Under the pieces are notes generated by a model. The model saw only the letters and a list, made by a program, of their open reading frames with translations, was not told the origin of the DNA and ran no database searches. Source: Leptospira sp. (lineage in GTDB: Bacteria > Spirochaetota > Leptospiria > Leptospirales > Leptospiraceae). From it: a DNA stretch of 64,000 nt. The stretch's first letter is position 1, and each line of letters opens with the position of its first letter. The stretch is taken from positions 96,001 through 160,000 of the forward strand of contig JAWXAQ010000015.1 in assembly GCA_034439575.1 (NCBI GenBank). Direction: 5' to 3'. Below are positions 18,958-27,054 of this stretch, piece by piece. Made by a program: the position numbers and the translations under genes.

Positions 18958-18969
18958 GCTGGGTCGCGT

Positions 18970-19386
18970 TTACGGGGTAAATAAGTTTTTTAAAAACTTA
19001 CCTTTTAGAGTTTTATAGATTGAAAAATCAGAATCAATACTTATTATTCTTTCTATTCCGATTCTTTCGGAAATACACATAAGAGATGCGTCTGCTAAAT
19101 CCATTGGTAAGTCTGAATATTTTTTCATTCGATTTTTAATATATCTTAAATCTTCGATAGTTAAATCTATAATCTGAATACTTCCTCTTTCTATCCATTC
19201 GAGAAAATCCGATTGAGCATCATTTGAATAAGATAATAGATATATTACTTCTGTGACAACAGGCCAGGTTGATATTAATTCGCCTTTGAAAGACTTAAAA
19301 TATTTTAAACAAGGCTTATGAAATTTATCTTTTGAATTAAATAAGGCAATAATTGGTCCAGAATCAATTAGAACTACGTTTTGCAT
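18970..19386 (-). CDS. vapC: VapC-family PIN-domain toxin
   Basis: MQNVVLIDSG, VVTEV, MDLADAS, IDSDF; start at 19386 overlaps the antitoxin. Confidence 0.9.
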   Translation of the reverse strand: MQNVVLIDSGPIIALFNSKDKFHKPCLKYFKSFKGELISTWPVVTEVIYLLSYSNDAQSDFLEWIERGSIQIIDLTIEDLRYIKNRMKKYSDLPMDLADASLMCISERIGIERIISIDSDFSIYKTLKGKFLKNLFTP

Positions 19387-19624
19387 GTTTCTTATCAATT
19401 TTCTTCTGAAGATATTCTTTGCGATTTTGAGCCAAATCTTGGAGACCAGAATCGTATTTTCCAAATAGATCGAGACCTAATTCGTATGGAGTTTTAACAT
19501 TCCCTCTATTTTCAATATATTCTAGAATAGATTCCTTAACTACATCAGTTCGACTTTTTCCTTCAGCTTTTGCGAATGAATCTAATTTTCTTTCTAAATC
19601 TCGCGGTAGCCGTAAACTAATCAT
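19364..19624 (-). CDS. ribbon-helix-helix (CopG-like) antitoxin
   Basis: MISLRLPRDLERKL...KSRTDVVKESI...YELG. Confidence 0.88.
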   Translation of the reverse strand: MISLRLPRDLERKLDSFAKAEGKSRTDVVKESILEYIENRGNVKTPYELGLDLFGKYDSGLQDLAQNRKEYLQKKIDKKHAKRSSN

Positions 19625-19632
19625 TTTGAAAA

Positions 19633-19659
19633 TGTATCACAAATACGTATTACTGTCAA
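19633..19659 (-). promoter_or_regulatory. putative TA promoter and operator half-site
   Basis: TGTATCACAA shared with the 18703 operator; TTGACA on the - strand at 19654-19659. Confidence 0.55.
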
Positions 19660-20169
19660 ATAGTATTTTTTCTTTTTACTCATTGACTATTGTAGATTAC
19701 CCATGTCCTAATTCATACATTCGCGACCTTGCGCATAACGAATTAATTATCAAATGTCTGAAAAAATTTTCTATTGATAGTCAAAATAATTTCAATATTA
19801 AAAAATTATTAACCTCGATGAATTCCGTTATGATTACTTAGAAAAAAATTCAACTCATTTTATTTATGCGGCAACTAATTCGAGAAATTATCTTAATAGC
19901 GATCAAGTAATTCATGAGTTTTTCAAACCTTATTCTCAAAATAAATATTCATAATTTTTTTATCTGAATTAAAAGCTAACATTAAAGATATACTAGTGCC
20001 AATATATGAATTTTACCTAAACTTTAATTTTTATTTAGATTTCCTCAAATATTAAGATTCATTTATTTAATTGAAATCTTTAATTGTGGCTGATGCATTA
20101 GATGTAAAATGTTTGCAATGATTATCTAAAGATCTTCTGGATCATTAGATAATTAAAGGATACTAAACC

Positions 20170-20544
20170 ATGACACAAGAAGATATAAACTCTAAATTTC
20201 CGCATTCTTCATTTATTTAATTTCTTGAGAAACTACTTTCCGATTTTCAATCTAAACCAAAAAATGAAAGACTTCTTCTGCTCGAAATTACGTATCATTT
20301 CCTAGAACTGGATCTTGCCGAAATATAAATTCCGATTCTTTTTCGATCCAGGTTCTGGCCCTGGCTACTGGAGGCAGACGATGGGACGAAAGCTAAATAC
20401 GACTACGCGGTCGACAATCGTGAATTACCTTTAGACGAAAGTATCCGATTCGAAAATTACAAAATGGCTCTGTTAGAGATCGTAAGAAAAGAACTCGGCG
20501 AAAAATACGAAATAATCGATGAATCGGGTAATGATATCGTTTAA
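20170..20544 (+). pseudogene. pseudogene of a ~124-aa hypothetical protein with two in-frame TAA codons
   Basis: AAGGA RBS, ATG 20170, frame continues through TAA 20218 and TAA 20326 to TAA 20544. Confidence 0.55.
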
Positions 20545-20770
20545 CCGCGCCAGAGATGTTTTGCTTAAGCCCTTTTGCCCAGTTGTATGAAATTTACGAC
20601 TAACCACTGTGATAATGGCGTGAGTCCCAAATTCCTCGATTTGCATTTTGGTCTTCTTTCATAGAAAGTTTTTTGAATTTTACAGCGATTATGTGACATG
20701 ATATTATCGGGAGAATTTAAATATTATAATCCTAGATAATCTTGAAATTCGATTGGGAAGTTTAATCTTT

Positions 20771-22135
20771 GGGAAATTAATGCAATTCGTTAAAATGCAG
20801 ATCGAACGGATATTTGCATCGGAAGTTTACAATAGCTAAAATATTTTCAAGATTGAGATATCTCCAATCGTCCTTTATTACAATCCTGCATCCGTTCGAT
20901 TGTTCATCCCTCCGATCTTCCCTTGAAAAAATCATAACATTTGAATGTTTTACGAAATACGTAAAAATCCAAAGACTTTAACTCTTTCTTTGTTAGCATC
21001 CCAATTCGAACCCAAATGAATCCTGTAGCTCCTAAACAGAATTCTGAATAGGATGTGTAAATGTTGGGAAATTATCGCATTTTGTTAAAATGCCGATCGA
21101 ACAGAGAATTAGATCAGAAGTTTTCTATGAGTAAAGTATTTTATAGAATGAGTCATTATGAATCAAACTTGCCCGATACCTTTCATTCAATGACATATTC
21201 CCACATTCTTTATAACATTCCTGCATCCAGCAGGTTTTCCGTCAGAAAAGCCTACAAATTTGCATATTTTGAAGCTGTGCCTTAAAATTCTAATAAGTTC
21301 GATAGGAAACTCCATTATAAACCCGTCCAAATCAGGATCAAAATGAATCTGGTAGCTCCAATCTCAGAATTTGACCTCGATGCTTACGTCTTTTCATTTT
21401 TCCTAAGGATTCCAAATCTCGAGGGATTTATTGATATTGCAAAAATTCAATTTGGATCGGAAATTTATCATTGATCGAAAGCCATTTAGATTTATTGGAA
21501 TATTAGAATAGAGTGAGTCGTGTCGATTGAAGGCCGTCATTCGGAAATTGACCAAAAATGGTATGTTTTACGAAATGCGAGTAAATCGAATCGACCCAAA
21601 TCCAATACTTTCCCTCTACTCTCGCTCCAATTCCAAAACACAATCCTTGCTCAATTTTCTAAAAATTTCTCATTTTTCCGGTGGAAACTAGAATTTTCTG
21701 AAATTGGCGCATTTCGTTAAAATCCAACAGATGACTCGAATTTACCCACCTATACAATTTCGATCCGAATTTATCAAGACTATCCTTCGGAATTTGACCA
21801 AATTTGGCACGTTTTACGCAATGCAGAAAAAACGCAATATCTCAGATCTCAATTTTACCCCCACTACACTCGCAAAAATCTCATCCAAAATATATCCATT
21901 GGATTCAAAACTCGGACTTTTCTCGGTTTCTATAAATTTTGCATTTTTCCGAAGGAAATCAGAGTTTTCGGAAATTTCAGCAATGCAATAAAAACCAACA
22001 ATCAATCTTAATTTGCATAACAATCCAGTCCTAAATCGAATTTTAGACGCTCGAACCGTTCCCCTGCCCTATTTTTAATTTTTCCTTCGGAAATTTTCTA
22101 AAAATGACACGTTTTACGTAATACAGGTAAATTCC
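20771..22135. repeat. degenerate tandem array, about five units of 270-360 bp
   Basis: Recurrent GGAAATT..GCAWTTYGTTAAAAT (20771, 21066, 21699; degenerate at 21423, 21970) and GTTTTACGNAAT (20947, 21565, 21811, 22111). Confidence 0.75.
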
Positions 22136-22202
22136 GAAGTAGATTAGAACCCTTACTTCCACAAAAGTATCTGAATCCTTAAAAATTATATCATCTGCGC
22201 CA

Positions 22203-22320
22203 CCGATCGAAGCGTAAATCCTTCCCTTGCTAAATAATTTATTGAATAAGGAAAAAATCGGAAGATTGCAGCGTAGAGCGGGACCCGAAGCAATGCTAGC
22301 AATTGATTCGGGGGCGCCCC
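22203..22320. repeat. REP-like GC-rich intergenic element
   Basis: CCGATCGAAGCGTAAATCCTT...AAGATTGCAGCGTAGAGCGGG, then CCCGAA...TTCGGG; resembles dispersed repeats recalled from Leptospira genomes. Confidence 0.45.
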
Positions 22321-22531
22321 AATAATTAACATACGCAAAAATTAAAAATTTTTAAATTAGCTGCGATTTTTAATCGATGATTCATCTATTTATTTTATTT
22401 CAAAAAATGTGCTTTAGTTAGGTGTCATAGAACGCCGAATAGGAGAAGAAATACGAACATTCGCTACAGATTCAATAAATTGTCTTTTTTAATTATTGAT
22501 AATGTAACGGAAATTGTATGATAAATTCTAA

Positions 22532-22939
22532 ATGAAAAAGAAAATGATGATGCTTAAAAATAAAAATTCTATGAATATAGTTCATTTCATTCACCAAACG
22601 CAAAAGTACACAACGTTCACATTTTCAAAATGGAACACCTTACAGTTGAATGCGAAAATTCAGATGCATGGATGTTTATCTACTTACATCGATTTTTTGA
22701 TAGATAGATATTCCTTTAGAGTTTATGAAACATTCAAGTTTAACAAAATCGCCTTAGACCAAGAGGCCATGATTCATTCAGAAGAAAAAATGAGGATCAA
22801 GTGTCGCATCTTTGAATCCACACTTGATGAATTATCCGAACTCGCGGAATATGCAATGATGAATAAAACTAAATTATTTAGAATTTTATTAAAGTGGGAT
22901 ATCAATAATCCAAGTCCGAGACTCAGGCTTATCGCCTAA
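22532..22939 (+). CDS. DUF1564-like protein (putative C-terminal RHH)
   Basis: KMRIKCRIFESTLDELSELAEYAMMNKTKLFRILLKWD strand-helix-helix pattern; start uncertain. Confidence 0.55.
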   Translation: MKKKMMMLKNKNSMNIVHFIHQTQKYTTFTFSKWNTLQLNAKIQMHGCLSTYIDFLIDRYSFRVYETFKFNKIALDQEAMIHSEEKMRIKCRIFESTLDELSELAEYAMMNKTKLFRILLKWDINNPSPRLRLIA

Positions 22940-23337
22940 AAAGAGGCTAATTCGTTTGTTAGATAAATTCTGAATTCTTCTGGAATAGATTTTTTCAAAC
23001 CATTACGATAATCATAATATACTTGTACAGTTTTTGCTCTAACATGTTCTAATTTTCTATTTTCATTCCAAATACTATATTGAAAATCCCAAGATGTATT
23101 TCCGATTCTCGATACCCAAATTCTAACTTCAATTTGGTCACCGGGCAATACCGAAGCGACTAAATCCATTTCGACTCGAGCCAGAACAAATGGAATGTCT
23201 TCCAGTGTATCAATTTTCAGATATTTATTACAAAAATGCAATCGTGCAATTTCTAAATACGAGGAATAACTAGCGTTATTGACTCTTCGCATAGGATCCA
23301 TATCATTAAATCGAATTTGTATAGGAGCGGAGATCAA
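22936..23337 (-). CDS. acyl-CoA thioesterase (4HBT/FcbC family)
   Basis: IRFNDMDPMRRVNNASYSSYLEIAR. Confidence 0.9.
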   Translation of the reverse strand: MISAPIQIRFNDMDPMRRVNNASYSSYLEIARLHFCNKYLKIDTLEDIPFVLARVEMDLVASVLPGDQIEVRIWVSRIGNTSWDFQYSIWNENRKLEHVRAKTVQVYYDYRNGLKKSIPEEFRIYLTNELASF

Positions 23338-23351
23338 TTGTGAAATGACAC

Positions 23352-24374
23352 CTAACGTTTTTTACTCTTTTTGGCAGAATTCTTTTTTCTGGAAACCTTG
23401 AGTACGTTTTGTTTTTTAATAGAAGATTTTTTGCTGATCAAGACTTGTAATTGATTTTTGGGATTTTTGAGTTTTGGTCCTAGATTAAAAATATTTTTTA
23501 AATAGCTTGCGGCCTCTTCTCCTTTTTTAGTCCCTAATTGTACTGTATCATATAATTTTTTTCTGACAGTCGTTGTTAGAGTAACAGGAAGAGGAAGGTC
23601 TGGTGCAATGGTATGAATGATTATCCCTTCTGGTGGTTTTTTAGCAATGGTTCTTCCATGATTGAAGTTGTGGTGGTGCCAGCGTTTCATCATTCTTGCA
23701 ATTTTCCAATTTCTCGGGAAAGCAAACATGCTAGTTAGAAGGCTCAATGGTTTTGAAATGTGTTGGATCGGAGAGTTCATTATAACAATGATTTCTTTAT
23801 AACCCGCTTCGATTAAATCTTGGATGGGTAAGGGATTTAATATAGCGGCATCAGAATATAATTTACCTTCTAACCACTGTTTACCTTTTGTTGCAATTGG
23901 TAGAGAGGTCGCTGCCTTCAATAATTCAAATATATTTGATGAAGTGGCTTTTATATATTCTACACTATGTGAATGCAAATTACTAACAGCAATTCGGAAT
24001 TCAGGAACACCTTTCTTTTCCAAAAATTCTGATTCTAATCGAACTTTTTTACGAAAGATAAAATCAATAAGGTACTCTTGGTCCAAAAAAGTTTTACCTT
24101 GAAAGGGATGTAAAAGAGAAATCAACTGCCGTCCCGATAGGTCCCGATACCATACACTCAAAGCCCTTTCGCTTTTAATAGGTTCTGGATCTTTCATAGT
24201 CACATAATAAGCCGCCGAACATGCCCCAGAGGACACACCGACAACCAAATCAAAGTATTGTGGTCCTAGAAATTGATTTAAACTATAAAGCACACCGCCA
24301 GAAAAAGCGCCTTTCATTCCCCCACCTTCTACAAGCAGGACGCGCTTTGTGCCTTTAGCTTCTGGAATTTTCAA
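23352..24374 (-). CDS. patatin-like phospholipase
   Basis: EGGGMKG, GVSSG, catalytic D in YSDAA; basic C-terminal tail. Confidence 0.88.
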   Translation of the reverse strand: MKIPEAKGTKRVLLVEGGGMKGAFSGGVLYSLNQFLGPQYFDLVVGVSSGACSAAYYVTMKDPEPIKSERALSVWYRDLSGRQLISLLHPFQGKTFLDQEYLIDFIFRKKVRLESEFLEKKGVPEFRIAVSNLHSHSVEYIKATSSNIFELLKAATSLPIATKGKQWLEGKLYSDAAILNPLPIQDLIEAGYKEIIVIMNSPIQHISKPLSLLTSMFAFPRNWKIARMMKRWHHHNFNHGRTIAKKPPEGIIIHTIAPDLPLPVTLTTTVRKKLYDTVQLGTKKGEEAASYLKNIFNLGPKLKNPKNQLQVLISKKSSIKKQNVLKVSRKKNSAKKSKKR

Positions 24375-24462
24375 TAAAATACCCTCTAAAAAGTAAGAGC
24401 TTCAAAGTGTATAATAGTTGCAAAAACTTTTAGACTTCGAAACCAATGATGTTTAAAAAAAA

Positions 24463-24969
24463 TTATGATTTGAAAGGCATTTCCCCAAGATAATCTTTTT
24501 TTCCAATGTCCAATCCATTTGATCGAAGTATGGCATAAGCAGTCGTTATGTGGAAATAAAAATTGGGAAGTGCATGATGCAATAAATACTCTTCACCATT
24601 CATATATTTTCCTTCCCATCTTGGTTGAGATACCTTGATGTCTTTTGCCCCATTAAAATCTGTTTCTTTAAAAGTTTTTAGATAATTGATGGTCGCTTCA
24701 ATTCTCGTTTTTAAATCGCTTAAAGTTTTTTCTGAATCATCAAAACTCGGAGCATCTTTTCCTGTTATACGAGATGCTGCAAATTTTGCCGTATCACATG
24801 CGATTTGAATCTGTTTAATTAATGCAAATTGGTCAGCGATGAGACGCGAATTTAATAAAACATTAAAATCAATTTTTTTAGCTTCCGCTTGGGTTGATGT
24901 TTTTTCCAAAAATTTAATCAGATTTGATAGTCCTTTTGAAAATTGTTCGATTGTAATTTGATAAAGCAT
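24463..24969 (-). CDS. DUF1993 family protein
   Basis: QIQIACDTAK, LPNFYFHITTAYAILRSNG, GKKDYLG. Confidence 0.9.
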   Translation of the reverse strand: MLYQITIEQFSKGLSNLIKFLEKTSTQAEAKKIDFNVLLNSRLIADQFALIKQIQIACDTAKFAASRITGKDAPSFDDSEKTLSDLKTRIEATINYLKTFKETDFNGAKDIKVSQPRWEGKYMNGEEYLLHHALPNFYFHITTAYAILRSNGLDIGKKDYLGEMPFKS

Positions 24970-25139
24970 AGGTTCCTTTAGAATTTTTTGACAGATGATA
25001 GAGACTGGAATACAATTTCAGCCTGAATTTACATAGTTTGGACGAATGGATTTTTTGAAATGGTTTAATTTTTGAAATGAGAATCTATGGATAAATTCAA
25101 ATCTTGGTTTACCAAAGATCCTGATCCGGAGTTTTTTCT

Positions 25140-25535
25140 ATGAAATCAATAAAATCACCACAGCTTCTATTTGTAGCATTTTTACTTTTACTTTCCCCAA
25201 TTTTTGGAACGGATAAAGATTTTATCATTAAAGATATCAAAGTAGGCACTGGAAAGGAAGCTTACTCTAGTTCTTATGTGACCGTACATTATGTAGGCAG
25301 ATTGAAAAACGGCGTCAAATTTGATAGTTCTAGAGATAGAAAAAAGCCTTTTGAATTCAATCTAGGGGCAAGGGAAGTGATTCGTGGTTGGGACAAAGGC
25401 ATTGTGGGCATGAAAGAAGGTGGAATTCGTAAACTCACAATCCCCCCAGAAATGGCCTATGGAGAAAAAGCAACAGGCTCTATCCCTGCAAATTCCACTC
25501 TCATTTTTGAAGTCGAACTCCTTAAAGTTTATTAA
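25140..25535 (+). CDS. FKBP-type peptidyl-prolyl isomerase (exported)
   Basis: VHYVGRL, KFDSSRDR, VIRGWD, IPPEMAYG, LIFEVEL. Confidence 0.95.
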   Translation: MKSIKSPQLLFVAFLLLLSPIFGTDKDFIIKDIKVGTGKEAYSSSYVTVHYVGRLKNGVKFDSSRDRKKPFEFNLGAREVIRGWDKGIVGMKEGGIRKLTIPPEMAYGEKATGSIPANSTLIFEVELLKVY

Positions 25536-25693
25536 GTAGCCGTAAGTTTTACAAATTCTTCTGCAAATATTCGCAAAATTTTAAGAAAAAGGTTTGAAAC
25601 TGCATTTTTTTTTCCGATTCTTGCAATAATCCGTAAATATGAGGATTTCCTCTCTTTTGCGAAATTGATTATATAAGAATTGAAAATATAAAA

Positions 25694-25978
25694 ATGAAAA
25701 TAATTGTCGAAGAAACAAATCTCACCTATGAGGGGCTAAACGACTTTCATAACAATGTTATAAAAGTCCTAGAAACTTCCATATCAGATGTGATTTTGGA
25801 TTTTCAAAAAATTACAATGACACTCGATAGCTCAGCAATCGGTGAATTAATGAAATTTCACACTTATATGGAAAAAAGAAATTTATTCCTTCACCTAGCA
25901 AATGTTAACAAACTCACAAAAACTGTATTTCGATTGAACAAGCTTGATACCATTCTAAATCTCATTGATTCAGAATAA
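25694..25978 (+). CDS. STAS-domain anti-anti-sigma protein
   Basis: VILDF...LDSSAIGEL...VFRLNKLD. Confidence 0.85.
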   Translation: MKIIVEETNLTYEGLNDFHNNVIKVLETSISDVILDFQKITMTLDSSAIGELMKFHTYMEKRNLFLHLANVNKLTKTVFRLNKLDTILNLIDSE

Positions 25979-26320
25979 AATTGCAAATAAGCAATAGATA
26001 GTATCTCGAAGGCAAATAAGAATGCCACTACCAATCTTGCTAATTTCCAAATAGGCACATAGATTTAGTTTTTTTAACCATAATGCCCACCTATGGTAGG
26101 TTTTGTGGCTTTCAACGCAAACGTTCGATTTACCAATTCTCACATGGTTCCATTTCCCAAAATTTTAATCATCATAATCGATTTTAATTTTCTTTAGATT
26201 TTAAATCCCGATTTATGATTCCTTTAGTCCAATTAGTACCTAAAAAAAGTTTCTTCTATTTGGAAATTTTCTGTTGACGTCGAATAGTTCAATATTAAAC
26301 CATTCAATATAGGAGCTTTT

Positions 26321-26938
26321 ATGAAATACACAAAATTTCTCTTTTTAGGACTACTCTCGTCTGCATTAGTGATCGCTAATTGTGGTCAAAAACCTGCCCA
26401 ATTGGCTGGTGATGCCTACCCAGTAGCAAGTGCATCTGGAACAAATTACGAAATAGACACAAACAAATCCACGCTCAAATGGATTGGATCCAAAGTAAGT
26501 ATGAAACACAATGGAACTGTAAATATTAAATCCGGTGTCCTCACTGCCAAAGGTGGAAATGTCACATCTGGTAAATTTGTGATTGATATGCCGACTCTTG
26601 TCAATTCAGACCAAGAAGGCACATGGAAAGCAAAACTAGAAGGTCACTTAAAAAGTGAAGACTTCTTTGATGTAGCAAAATTTCCAGAATCAACTTTTGA
26701 AATCGCAAGTGTTACAAAGACTGACAAAGGTTATGAGGTTCGCGGTAACCTAACAGTGAAAGGAATCACAAAAGGAATTTCTTTTCCGGCTGAGGTTAAT
26801 TTTGCTTCGGACAAACCTGTTTCAGCAAAAGGAACAGCCGTCATCAATCGTAAGGATTGGGGCATTGTGTACCCAGGAATGCCAGATGATTTGATTGGCG
26901 ACAATGTTGAATTTGAATTAAACCTAGTGACAAAATAA
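26321..26938 (+). CDS. YceI-family lipoprotein
   Basis: Lipobox IANC, HLKSEDFFDVAKFP, GNLTVKGIT, NRKDWGI; AGGAG RBS. Confidence 0.92.
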   Translation: MKYTKFLFLGLLSSALVIANCGQKPAQLAGDAYPVASASGTNYEIDTNKSTLKWIGSKVSMKHNGTVNIKSGVLTAKGGNVTSGKFVIDMPTLVNSDQEGTWKAKLEGHLKSEDFFDVAKFPESTFEIASVTKTDKGYEVRGNLTVKGITKGISFPAEVNFASDKPVSAKGTAVINRKDWGIVYPGMPDDLIGDNVEFELNLVTK

Positions 26939-26951
26939 TTTTTCACAACCT

Positions 26952-26997
26952 ACTGGTCTTTTAAAGTAAATCATCTTTTTAAGACCAGTTTTCTTTT
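26952..26997 (+). terminator. putative intrinsic terminator
   Basis: ACTGGTCTT...AAGACCAGT followed by a T-rich tract. Confidence 0.55.
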
Positions 26998-27054
26998 ATG
27001 ACTCTGCTATTTGTTCCTTGAAAAATAAAGAAAACTTGATCCTATCTATGGATC

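Larger units (their letters stand above)
17861..19739 (-). mobile_element. integrase-less array of two integron-like gene cassettes, each carrying a VapBC module
   Basis: Order core GTTATGC - TA genes - inverse core - attC occurs twice; each cassette has its own terminal inverted repeats. Confidence 0.7.

Noticed and set aside
19740-20165. AT-rich gap as an integrase remnant or attI
   Set aside because: No recognisable tyrosine-recombinase motifs or long frame
21061-22023. Short ORFs 21061-21285, 21520-21720, 21704-21991 and 21814-22023
   Set aside because: No convincing RBS or protein motif; their similar C-termini just mirror the DNA repeat
20771-22135. CRISPR array
   Set aside because: Repeats are degenerate, the period is ~300 bp, and there are no cas genes
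25979-26320. Long intergenic region as an ncRNA
   Set aside because: No recognisable motif or strong stem; cannot be supported by eye
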